64,000 nucleotides of DNA, from assembly GCA_009914755.4 (NCBI GenBank), contig CP086569.2:13984001-14048000 (forward strand). The letters run 5' to 3'. The notes under the pieces are model-generated. The model did no database searches. It was not told where the DNA came from and worked only from the letters and a program-made list of their open reading frames with translations. Of the stretch, positions 35,338 to 47,448 are shown one piece after another (within the stretch, counting starts at the first letter, position 1; each line of letters begins with the position of its first letter). The translations under genes were made by a program, and so were the position numbers. The DNA is from the human T2T-CHM13v2.0 reference genome, Homo sapiens.

Positions 35338-35822
35338 TAAAAGAAATTAAAGAATGCGTAAGCAAAAACTCAGTTGTATATAAGAAAACCCAATTTCCCC
35401 TGAGGAAGAGAAAGAGCTGGAGTCCTTTCAAATTAACTGCCTGTTTTTCTCTCTGTGGCTAGTGAGCCTTCTCTCTCCCTTTCCAGGCATTGTGAAGACC
35501 CTGCTTCTCTAGCTGAGCAGCTGCAAGGTCACTAGACAGATAATCTCAAGTCACAAAACATGTTTTTCCTTGAAAAGTAAGAAATGATGAATGCATGTCT
35601 TCACTGAGTAACTGTCTTTGTTTCTCGCTTTTGTAATATGATTCTTGCTGCACAGATCTCCTCCTGCCCCACAAAATGTTTAAAGGTAGCTTGACTCTTT
35701 GTTCAGGGCTCAGTCCTTTGGATGTTAATCTGACTGGGTCAGTGCACCTAAATAATTTAATAATTCCTCCTCAACCACTTGGTCTCTCTGATTCCTTAAT
35801 CATCCAGCAGCATTTCTAGTGG
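35338..35822 (+). promoter_or_regulatory. 5' LTR of the ERV provirus (U3-R-U5; TATA-like tatataag near 35375, AATAAT signals near 35745)
   Basis: Direct repeat of 44546-45017. The terminal T[A/G]...CA and the position immediately before the PBS-like sequence and gag are consistent with an LTR. Confidence 0.7.
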
Positions 35823-36748
35823 CTCAGATGGGGATTGGAGATGACAGATTTACTGTCTCCTTTGCCTGCAGGACTAGAGCCCTGGGGCCAGGGTAGACCC
35901 AGCATCCACGGTGCACCACAGGGGAGCTTCATCTGGATGGAGACCAGCTCTCCCTGCATCCTGGTGCTCTGCCTGGCAGTGCAGTGGAACCAGGGATGGA
36001 GCTGCAGGATGATACCAGAACTTCAGGAACTGCGGTAAGGAGAAAGGGCCCAAGGCAGGAAAGCCCATCCCATAGGGACGAAGGGGAGCTTGATAACCTC
36101 CCAGGGACCGACCACTAATCCAACCCAGAGTGGCTGGGGGTGGCAGGAGTGGTCTGCCAATTTGGATGAACCTCATGTCCCCCTAACAAGTAAAAGTGGT
36201 TCACTGGTGGAGAAAATGGGCTGATAGAGCGGCAAGTCCAGTAAGGAAGAGCTTGCTGGCAGAGTGGCAAGAATGGCTTCATCCCAACTGAGAGTGTGTG
36301 GGTGTTTGTGGGTGTGTGTGGACCTACCCAGGACATGAGAGAGGATTGTTTTATCTGATGAGGAGTCCTGGGGTAGGACTGGTGTGTATGTGTGTGAATG
36401 TGGGAGCCTAACTAGACTACCCAGAACATGGGAGAGGCCTGTTTCATCTAATGAGAAGTCCTGGGGCAGAGAAAGTGTATGAAAGTGTGTGAAAGAGACA
36501 GTCTCAGGAGAGGCCAATGCAGGGAGTGATGTGTGGAGGCACAGATCGTTTAGCATGGGTTGTGTGCTCCGAGGTGAGTGTGGGGGAAATCAGACCTAGG
36601 ACATTGCTTATGGCTGATAGGACCAGGTCCATGGCTGCAGCAGGCTGTGAGAGGGAAAGGCATGTTCCTGGCTAAGCAATGTCTGAAACTCCCATAATAA
36701 GACCCAGTCTGGTAGACCTGAGAGTGAAAGTGCATCACAAGGGAAGAA

Positions 36749-38400
36749 ATGGGAGGAAAAGCATTGAAACCAACTCCTTTGGAGTGCATGATAAAGAATT
36801 TTAAAACAGGATTTAGAGGTCATTATGGGATGAAACTGTCCTTAACAGTATATCAAAAGTTAAGGACATACTGTGAGATAGATTGGCCTGCTTTTAATGT
36901 GGGGTGGTCCCCTGAAGGTACAATAGACTGGAAATTAATTGGCCATGCGTTTAAGGTGGTCGCTGGAGTTGGAGGACAACCAGAATAATCAGACCAGTTT
37001 CCCTATAAAGACTCTTGGCTCATTGTGTCACAACCTCACCCCAAGTGGCTACAGCCCTGCCTAGAGGGATACTGCAAGGTATTAGTGGCTTGGGCAGACC
37101 AACCAAAGGAAGCAGAGGAACCTAAAGCCCCTAGAGTCTCTCACAAAAAGGAATCCTCAAAGCCTCACCTGAAACCATTCTTCAGGCTCCATCTGAGGAA
37201 AGGGAATGTCCACCCCCTATATGTGCCCGTCTACCTGTCTTTGGCCAGAATAAGGCAGGAGGCAGAGTCAGGAGCATCCACAGAGTCAGGCTGAGAGGAA
37301 AGTGAGGCCCAGTCTCCCCTCACCCCAGAGGAACAAAAGCCTCCCTTAGAAAAAAACCAGGAAGATGGACAGAGCAAGGCAGCTGGGTGCCTCCGCTCAG
37401 GCTGACCACAGGCTTTGCAGATGCCACTTCGAGAGAACAGGACACAAGTTTATGATGACCAAGGGCAGATACAAGGAGGCTCTAGGCTTTATGTTTATCA
37501 GCCTTTCTCCACTACTGATCTCTTAAATTGGAAACAGCATGCCCCCTTGTATGCAGAAAAGCCTCAGGCTGTCATTGATTTGGTGAATTCTATTATTATA
37601 ACACAAAACCCAACCTGGCCAGATTGTCAACTACTTTTGCTAACTTTAATACAGAGGAGCATAGGAGAGTTAATCAGGCAGCTCTCAGCTGGTTAGAAGG
37701 GGAAGCCCCAGAGGCCACCCGTAACCCATGCCAGTTCTCCGTGGAGCGATACCCAAATGAGGACCCTAACTGGGACCCAAATGAGGCTGGGGACATGGAA
37801 CAGCTGCATTATATAGAAGGGCACTCCTGAACAGGATAAAAGCAGGAGGAAGGAAGGCATTGAATATCCATAACATATCAGAAGTGGGCCAAAAGCCTGA
37901 TGAAAGCCGCAGTGCATTCTATGAAAGGCTTTGTGAGGCATAGAGGCTGTACACTCCAATTATTCCAGAGGCTCCTGAAAACCAAAATATGATAAATATG
38001 ACCTTTGTCAGGCAAGCTCAGGGAGACATAATATGAAAGCTTCAGAAGTTGGAAGGCTTTTCAGGGAAAAATATTAGTAAACTCCTGGAAATAGCAAACA
38101 AAGTATTAAAAAACTGGGAAGAAGAGGCAGAGAAAAAGGAAGAAAGAAAAACGAGAAATAGAAACAAAGAGACAGCTCAATTTCTGCTGCACTAGCAGAA
38201 AGTAACCCTGGACTTGTTAGAGGGTGAGGCCGAGGCAGAGGCCAAGGAACAGGGCAGACAAGACCCAGAGATGAAAGCCAGTCCCAGTTGGACAGGAATC
38301 AATGTGAAAGGTGCAGGCAAATGGGCCACTGGAAAGATGAGTGCCCTGAAAAGGAAAAGGATGATGATGGTCAGTGGTCTAACACCCAAGTGCGGTGTTA
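36749..38400 (+). pseudogene. ERV gag remnant (MA-p12-CA-NC) with stops and frameshifts
   Basis: ORF 36749-36988 MGGKALKPTPLECMIKNFKTGFRGHYGMKLSLTVYQKLRTYCEIDWPAFNVGW resembles the gammaretroviral MA (MLV ...TFCSAEWPTFNVGW). ORF 37415-37696 PLRENRTQVYDDQGQIQGGSRLYVYQPFSTTDLLNWKQHAPLYAEKPQAVIDLVNSIIITQNPTWPDCQLLL resembles the MLV CA ([24 protein letters not shown]...THQPTWDDCQQLL). A CCHC zinc knuckle NQCERCRQMGHWKDECPEKEKDDD lies near 38290-38370. Confidence 0.75.
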
Positions 38401-41400
38401 GGTTGCTAGCAGTGGTACTTCCAAGGCAGATCCCGATCTGATCGGCTTGGCAGGGGCTGAGAATTTAGAGGACTCAGACAGACCAGGCTCCATCCTTTTA
38501 GGCCTTGTGGAGCCTATGGTCTCTATGGAAGTAGGGGGCCGATTAATGAATGGATTTTTTGGTCAATACTGGTGCTGATTTCTCTGTGGTAACTCACCCA
38601 ATTAGCCCCTCCTCAAAGAACTGTGCTACTATCATAGGGGCTAGAGAGGCCAAAGAAAAGAGACCTTTTTGCAATTCCAGGAGACACGTTATTGAGGGAT
38701 AAGAAGTGCAGCATGGTTTCTATATAAGCCAAATTGCCCAGTGCCTTTGTAAGGGAGAGACTTACTCCAGAAACTGCAGGCACAAATTTCCTTTACACCT
38801 GAAGGGAATACGACACCGGAATTTGGAAAGTCTAAGGCAATGGTATTGATTCTAACTGTCCCAGAGGCTGAGGAATGGCAGCTCTCTGAACTGTGTGCCA
38901 GAAGGACCTACACAGTATGTAGGGAATGCTTTTCAAGGTTCCAGGTGTATGGGCTGAGGACAATCCTCCTGGACTTGCTGTAAACAGACACCCAGTGGTA
39001 ATAGAGCTTAACACTCATGCTGCCCTGGTATGAGTCTGTCAATACCCCCTACCCAAAGAGGTAATTGAAGGCATAACACAACATCTAAATCGGCTCTATG
39101 AACAAGGGATTATAGTAAAATGCAAGTCCTCTTGGAATACTCCTCTGCAGCCTGTGCACAAGCCAAATGGTGAATACAGGCCAGTGCAGGACTTCTGGGT
39201 GGCAAACAAGGCCACTGTCACTATCTATGCCATAGTACCCAACCCATACACCATGTTAGGACAGATTCCTGCTGAGGCCATGTGGTTCATGTGTCTAGAC
39301 TTAAAGGATGTTTTCTTTGCTTGAGACTTGCTCCCCAAAGTCAGCCTATATTTGCCTTCCAGTGGGGGCAATTGTAATATACCTGGACAAGACTGCCACA
39401 AGGATTTAAGAATTCTCCCATTATCTTTGAGGACGCTTTGGCTACCAACCTTGAAGCTTTTGCACCATTTAGTGACAATTCTGTGGTATTACAATACATT
39501 CATGATTTGCTATTCGCTGCCCCCAGGAGGGAGGAATATCTCCAAGGAATAGAGAGGCTTCTTCACCTGCTGTGTGAAGCTGGTTACAAAGTGTCCAAGG
39601 ACAAGGCAAAAGTCTGTTTTCTGGAGGTTGGATATCTAGGATTCATGGTATCCCAAAGCCTGCACAGGCTTGGAAGTGCATGCAAGGAGGCTTTATGTGC
39701 ATTGCCCACCTCAGTTACAAGGCAGCAGGTCAGGGAATTTCTGGGTGCAGTGAGATTGTGCCAAATCTGGATTCCAAACTTCTCCCTTATAGCAAGGCCC
39801 TTATTTGAGGCTAGCAAAGGAAAGGAAAGAGAGCCCCTCCTATGGGAAAAAGAATAGGAAAAGGCCTTCAAGGATATAAAGGAAGCTCTCATCCAGGCCC
39901 CAGCACTAGGGTTGCCAGATGTTAAAAAACCCTTCTTTTTGTATGTGGATGAATGAAAGGGAATGTTATTTGGAGTCTTAACTCAGTTGTTAGGCTCTTG
40001 GTATCAGCCAGTAGCATACTTTTATCCAAGAGACTGGACTTGGTGGCCTTAGGTTGGCCCATTGCCTCAGGGCACTGGCAGCTACTGCGATCCTTATAGA
40101 AGATGCCAACAAGCTAGCCCTAGGTCAGAAGATAATATTCCGGGTGCCACACACTGTAGTCACCTTAATGGGGCAAAGAGGACGTCGTTGGCTGTCCCAC
40201 TCTAGAATGCTAAAGTATCAAGTGCTTCTGTGTGAGAATCTGCGGGTAACACTACAGACTAAATGCCTTGAACCCAACTACCCTGCTGCCTGTGGAGGAA
40301 CCCAATTGGAAACATGGTGGGTTGCCTCAATGCTGGCAGGACCTTCCCCACTGTTGCATAAATATGGTGGATGAAGTGTTCTTGAGCTGGGAAGATCTCA
40401 GAGATACCCGCTTGGAGAGCCCAGATGTTGAATACTTCACTGATGGTAGCAGTTTCATAACAGATGGGGTGTGATATGCAGGGTATAAAGTAGTAACACA
40501 ACACTCGGTAGTTGAGGCTCAAGCCTTAACTTCTGGGACTTCCGCTCAGAGGGCTGAATTAATAGCATTAACTAGAGCACTGTTATTGGCCAAGAGGAAG
40601 AAAGTAAGTATATATACTGACTCAAGATATGTTTTTGCAACCCTACACGACCATGGGGCAATATAAAAAGAGAGAGGACTATTGACTACTGAAGGAAATG
40701 ATATAAAAAATAAAGAAGAAATTTTGCAATTAATAGAAGACATATGGGCTCCAGAGAAGGTGGCTGTCATTCATTGCAAAGGGCACTAAATCAGGAAAGG
40801 CTATGAGGCACAGGGCAACAGATAGGCAGACCAAGAGGCTCAGCAGGCAGCAATGAGCAAGGTTTTACCTGAAGAAAGAACTCCAGCAATGCCTCTCCTT
40901 ATAGAGCCCCCTTTACTTGAGGTACCCAATTACTCTTTAAGTGAAAAAGCTTGGTTTCATCACGAAACAGGAAACATATATTAAAGATAGTTGGTGGCTG
41001 TTCTCTGACGGGAGGCTAGCCATCCCTGAAACAATAGCCCCAAGGTTTGTGAAGCAGATCCATCAAGGAACACACATTGGAAGGACGGCCCTAGAGATTT
41101 TGATAGGTCAGCATTTCTATGTACCATGGCTGTCTGCAATCACCCATGCTGTTTGTGAACAATGTCTATCCTGTGCCTAGAATAATCCAAGACAAGAACC
41201 TACTTGATCCCCTGGAATACAGGAAGTGGGAGCTGTGCCTTGTGAGAACCTGCTTATAGACTTTACCAAGTTACCTCAAGCAGGAGGTTACTGGTATATG
41301 CTAGTGTTTGTTTGCACCTTCTTGGGATGTGTTGAGGCCTTCCCAACCAGGAATGAAAAGGCACGAGAGGTGACAAAGGTAATATTAAAAGACATCATAC

Positions 41401-41850
41401 CAAGATTTAGGTTGACTTTAATCCTAGGATCAGACAATGTCCTGCATTTGTGGCAGAGTTAGTACAACAGTTGACTTAACTTTTAAAGATCAAATGGAAA
41501 CAGCATACAGCCTCCTCACCACAGAGATTAGGGAAGGTGAAACAGATGAAACAGACACTCAAACAGCTACTAAAAAAGTTTTGCCAGGAAACTCACTTAC
41601 AATGGGATCAGGTCTTGCCCATGGTCCTCCTCCAGGTCAGGTGTACACCTACAAAACAAACTAGGTATTTGTCCTATGACATATTGCTCAGAAGGCCATC
41701 CCCAATCATTATCAAATTAGAGGTGATTTAAAGGAGGTAGGAGAGTTAACACTTAAGAGACAGATGCAGGCTTTAGGAGTGGCAATGAAGGAGGTGCAAA
41801 GCTAGGTAAGAGAAAGGATACCTATAAGTCTAACAGACCTAGTGCATCCA
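38400..41850 (+). pseudogene. ERV pro-pol remnant (protease, reverse transcriptase, RNase H, integrase), multiple frames
   Basis: RT: ...NGEYRPVQDFWVANKATVTIYAIVPNPYTMLGQIPAEAMWFMCLDLKDVFFA; the YXDD box is mutated to YIHDLLFA (ORF 39438-39857). RNase H: DVEYFTDGSSFITDGV...[24 protein letters not shown] (about 40420-40650). Integrase HHCC and core: HQGTHIGRTALEILIGQHFYVPWLSAITHAVCEQCLSCA (ORF 40941-41180), then ...ENLLIDFTKLPQAGGYWYMLVFVCTFLGCVEAFPTRNEKAREVTKVILKDIIPRF...LGSDN (41226-41462). Confidence 0.75.
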
Positions 41851-42249
41851 CATAAGCCAGGGGACTCTGTCTGGGTTAAAAGGTGGAATCCAACAACCTG
41901 GGGACCCTTAAGGGATGGGCCCCATATTGTAATCATGTCTACTCCCACTGCTCTTAAAGTTGCAGGTGTCACACCTTGGATTCACCATAGCTGGCTGAAA
42001 CCAGCAGCAGCAGTGACTCCGATGAAACCAGTGGATTAGCCAACAAGACTCAGATCGCCCCACCTGAATAGTCCTACGGCAAAACCCAACCATTGGTAAG
42101 AAGGACAACTGTCCTGCTCCAACCACACCAGAGGCTGGTCAGTCTACGCATGGCTGAAGCTTGAAGATCCTGCAAGCTCTGCTCTAGTCACGTCCAGGGA
42201 GCTAACTAGTGAATGCACAGCCGAAGCTAAAGGTCATCTCTGTATAAGT

Positions 42250-44390
42250 AAATTTGGATACAATTCATAACCCTAGTTATAATTCTGTTAATACTGATTG
42301 TTCTGTTGTTACATTACCACTGCAAATGCTGCCAATGTCTATGCCCAGAGGGAGGTTTGCCATGTCCATGTGCAGTGTAAGCATGTTTCTATTACATACA
42401 CTGATGTTGTTATCATTTCTGCCTATATTAAAAGGGGAGGAATCTCTAGAAAGATGCCCACACTGTGTACATACTACCTGGGTAAGGAATACCTTAGTTA
42501 AAACTCTACTGTACCATACCTACAGTACAGGAACCAAGTTAGGAACCTGCGCATACAACCAGATCACCTCTTCAGTCTGTGACCCAGGAAATAATCAGCT
42601 GCATGCATGTCATGACCCTAAGCGCTTACCCTATGAATTCTGGTTTGAGGTACACATTAACAGAAGGAGAAAAAGAAGGAGAGCTAATAGCTTGAATCAA
42701 AGAAGGCCCTCCATCCTACAAAAGATCTACTTCTTTGTACTTTGATGCCTGTCATGCCACATATGTTTATAATCCTGTAAAACCAAAAGCAGTCTGCAAT
42801 GGTTTAACACAAGACAGGATTAGCAACAGCAGCCCTAAACATCTGTACTGAGAACCACAAATTGGATGCCCAGACTGTAACATTCTGTGGTCTATGCTAA
42901 CACAGCTCCAACACTTATATTCAGGAAGGACTGCTCTGCTAAGTAGTATGTCAGCCAAACCAAATTGTAAGACAAGGACATGCAGTCCTTTAAATTTTAC
43001 TATCATATAGCCAGAGCTACCTTTCTGGTCTACAGGACAGACAGCAGCATTATGAGTTGATAGACAAGGAGCAGGCCTTGGAGTTCCACTACTAATTGTC
43101 AAAAAGACTAGAAGGACTCAAATGTGTCCAACCCTGCAATTCTGGGTCCATAAGTCATTCTGTAAGCATTTTGATCAGTCAGTGCCTGAGCTTCCCCTAT
43201 CAACCAAAAACTTATTTGCTCAACTAGCTGAAAACATAGCTGGCAGCTTAGGAATTTCCTCATGCTATGTAAGTGAAGGAACTCATATGGGGGACCAGCG
43301 GCAATGGGAGGCAAAGGAATTAATGCCACAACATAAATTCACTTTGCCTAATCCTGCCAGTGAACCAACAGCCTCAGCTAGTGTTTGGTTGTTAAAAACC
43401 TCCATAATTGGAAAGTACTGTATCGCCTGTTGGGGAAAGGCTTTCACAGAGGCAATGGGAAAAACAATAAGCCTAGGGCAACAGTATTATGATGAGAGTA
43501 AAAACAAAACTCTACGGAGAAACTCCCAGAACGACTCCTAGTTACCAGATCCAAATGCTTTCTCTTGATTCTCTACCCTAAGCCACTCTTGGCATCAGCT
43601 AAAGACTCCAAATGCTTGGAAAGCACCCTCTGGCCTATATTGGGTCTGTGGAGCATGGGCATATCGGCAACTGCTGGCTAAATGGACAGGGGCATGTGTG
43701 TTAGAAACAATCAAGCCATCCCTCTTTTTAATTCCTCTAAAGCAAGGGGAACTCTTAGGGTATCCAGTTTATGATGAAAATAAAAGAACTAGAAAAAGCA
43801 TAATGACAAAAATAGACACAAATGTCAAAAAGGATGCAGACATAGGAGACTGGAAGGATAATGAATGGCCTCCTGAAAGAATCATTAAATAGTATGGGCC
43901 CGCTATCTGAGCGCAAGTTGGGTCATGGGAATACCGCACCCCAATCTATATGCTCAACCGCATCATAAGGTTGCAGGCAGTCCTTGAAATAATAACCAAT
44001 GAAATGTCAAGGAAACTAGATTTATTGATAACACAAGCAACACAAATGAGAAATGCTACATATCAGAATAGATTGGCTTTAGATTACCTCTTAGCCTCAG
44101 AAGGAGGAGTATGTGGAAAATTTAATTTAACCAGTTGTTGCCTAGAAATGGATGATAATGGCCAAGCTCTAATGGAAACCACAGCTAGAATGTCCAAGTT
44201 GGCCCATGTTCCAGTTCAGACTTGGTCTGGATGGTCCCTGGATTCCTTGTTTGGAGGATGGTTCTCAATGTTTGGGGGATTCAAAACCCTCATTGGTGGG
44301 TTTTTGTTTATTCTTGGCATCTGCCTCATCCTCCCTTGCCTTTTACCCCTGTATATTAGGAGTATTTGTCAACTATAGAGGCAGTAGTAA
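42250..44390 (+). pseudogene. ERV env remnant (SU plus TM with an immunosuppressive-domain-like motif and a membrane anchor), frameshifted
   Basis: The TM ORF 43950-44378 ...[62 protein letters not shown]...[32 protein letters not shown] carries a CKS-17-like LQNR.ALD.L...GG.C motif followed by the C-x-CC motif and a transmembrane segment. The SU region holds the basic cluster INRRRKRRR (about 42660) and CIACW (about 43420). Confidence 0.7.
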
Positions 44391-44545
44391 CCCGAAACAC
44401 TACCATGCTATTGACGGCATTAACCAAATATCAGCCACTGCCAATAAAAGAAACAGCTCAGCTCCGGGAAGAGATGGCAAATAGTGGTGCTTTCTATTAA
44501 CATCTTTGTTTTAAAAAGCACCAAATGGGGGAAATGGAAGAGGAA

Positions 44546-45017
44546 TTGAAAGAAATTAAAGAACGTGTAAGCAAAAACTCAGTCGTATATAAGAAAACCC
44601 AGTTCCCCCTGAGGAAGAGAAAGAGCTGGAGTCCTTTAAAATTAACTGCCTGTTTTTCTGTGGCTAGTGAGCCTTATCTCTCCCTTTCCCAGGTATTGTG
44701 AAGACCCTGTTTCTCTAGCTGTGCAGCTGCAAGGTCACTAGGCAGATAATCTCAAGTCGTAAAACATGTTGTTTCTTGAAAAGTAAGAACTGATGTAATG
44801 CATATCTCAATTGAATAACTGTCTTTGTTTCTCTCTTCTGTAATATGCTTCACCCTGCACAGATCTCCTCCAACCCCACAAAATGCCTAAAAGGTAGCTT
44901 GACTCTGTTCACAGCTCAGTTCTTTGGGTGTTAATCTGACTGGGTCGGTGCACCTAAATAATTAAATAATTCCTCCTCAACCCCTAGGTCTCTCTGATTC
45001 CTTAATTATCCTGCTGC
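44546..45017 (+). promoter_or_regulatory. 3' LTR of the ERV provirus
   Basis: Direct repeat of 35338-35822, preceded by the polypurine tract aaaaagcaccaaatgggggaaatggaagaggaat. Antisense L1 resumes immediately downstream (catttcctcatccaacatggacatatttcatttctatctcttgcctg...). Confidence 0.7.
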
Positions 45018-45916
45018 ATTTCCTCATCCAACATGGACATATTTCATTTCTATCTCTTGCCTGGTTGTTTTGATTAGGAGAACCAGTTCTGTGTTGAATA
45101 GGAGTGGTGAAAGTCAGCATTTTGTCTTGCTTCATTTCTTAAAAGAGAATTTCACTGTTCCCCATTCATTATACTGTTAGCAGGTTTATCTTTATGGTGT
45201 TTATTACATTTAGATATGACACATCCATGCCTAGTTTACTGAGTTTTATTATAAAGGCTGTTAAATTTATCAACTGCTTCTTATTGTACCTATTCAGATG
45301 ATCATATAGGTCCATTCCTCTTTCTTTTTATGTTAAGTACCATATTATTAATTTGTATATGTTATACAATTCTTACATCTTTAGAGTAAATCCCACTTGA
45401 TAGTGATGTATTATCTTTCTGGAGTGCAGTTGGAGTCAGTTACAAGTATTTTGTTGAGGAGTTTTGCATTTATGTTCCTCAGGGATATTGCCTATAGATG
45501 ATTTTTTATTTTTTGTTGTCTTTTGTTGGTATTTGATGTTAGGATAATCATGGCCTCATAGAATGAGTTAGGAAGGGAGAATTTGCTCCCTTTCAATTAT
45601 TAAAAATGGTTTGAGGAGAGTTCTTGTTACTTCTTCTTTGAATGTTTGGTAGCATGCAGTAGTGAAGCCAGGCCTGTCCTAGACTCTTTTTTGTTGGAAT
45701 ACTTTTATTCATGATTCAAAATCATTTGTTGTTATTTGTCTGTTTAGGTTTTCTATTTCTTCATAATTCAATCTTAGTAGATTGCATGAGTCTAGGAATT
45801 CATCTATTTCTTCCAGGTTTTCTAGTTTCTTAGTATGTGGTTGTCCATAAAAGTCTCTGATAATCTTTTGTATGTCTGCAGTGTCAGTTATAATGTTTGT
45901 TTGTTTTCATTTCTGA

Positions 45917-46410
<494 letters not shown>

Positions 46411-46793
46411 TTTTTCTTTATTTTTTAAAAATCAATTTCTTATTTAAATGAAACATTGTGTTATTCCTTTAGTCTCTATTTTGTTTAATTCTGCTCGATT
46501 TTCATGAATTATTTTCTTCTACCAATTTTGAGTTTGATTTCTTATTGCTTTTCTAGTGCTACTGGTGCAGTGTTATATAGATTATTTGAAGTCTCTCAAG
46601 TGTTTTGATATGAGTTTATTACTATAAACCTCCCTGTTAGCACTCTTTTTGCTATATACCTTAGGTTTGATTGTTTAGTTTAGATATTTTTGTATTTCAA
46701 GGAATTTTAAAGTTTCATCCATAATTTCTTCCTTGACCCAAGGTTCACTCCAGAGCATCTTGTTTAATATTTAAGTATTTGTACAGTTTCTAA

Positions 46794-47165
<372 letters not shown>

Positions 47166-47286
47166 CCTTGTTGAATCATTTTTTGTGCCCTGGTAGATGG
47201 TCTATCCTGGCAAATAGTCCATGTGCTGATTAGAAGAACGTATATTCTGTGCCTGCTGGATGAAGTGTTTCGTAGGCATCTGTTAG

Positions 47287-47448
<162 letters not shown>

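Larger units (their letters stand above)
35338..45017 (+). mobile_element. Complete gamma-retrovirus-like (class I) endogenous retrovirus provirus, LTR-gag-pro-pol-env-LTR (about 9.7 kb), all genes inactivated, nested in the old minus-strand L1. Family not determined.
   Basis: 5' LTR 35338-35822 and 3' LTR 44546-45017 are direct repeats (t[a/g]aaagaaattaaagaa[t/c]g[c/t]gtaagcaaaaactcag...tatataagaaaaccc...cctaaataat...ccttaat[c/t]atcc[a/t]gc[a/t]gca). A PBS-like tggctcagatggggattgg follows the 5' LTR, and a polypurine tract aaatggaagaggaat precedes the 3' LTR. Internal ORFs are retroviral (see the gag, pro-pol and env entries). Confidence 0.8.

Noticed and set aside
35827-35848. PBS-like tggctcagatggggattgg after the ERV 5' LTR, considered for naming the HERV family by tRNA type
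   Set aside because: It does not match, by eye, any tRNA 3' end that I can reproduce reliably (there is partial resemblance to the iMet PBS only), so no family name was assigned from it.
36749-44378. gag, pol and env ORFs as possibly functional retroviral genes (for example a syncytin-like env)
   Set aside because: Each is split across frames with multiple in-frame stops. The RT YXDD is mutated (YIHD). The env SU region has no continuous frame, and the TM is only a 142-aa fragment.
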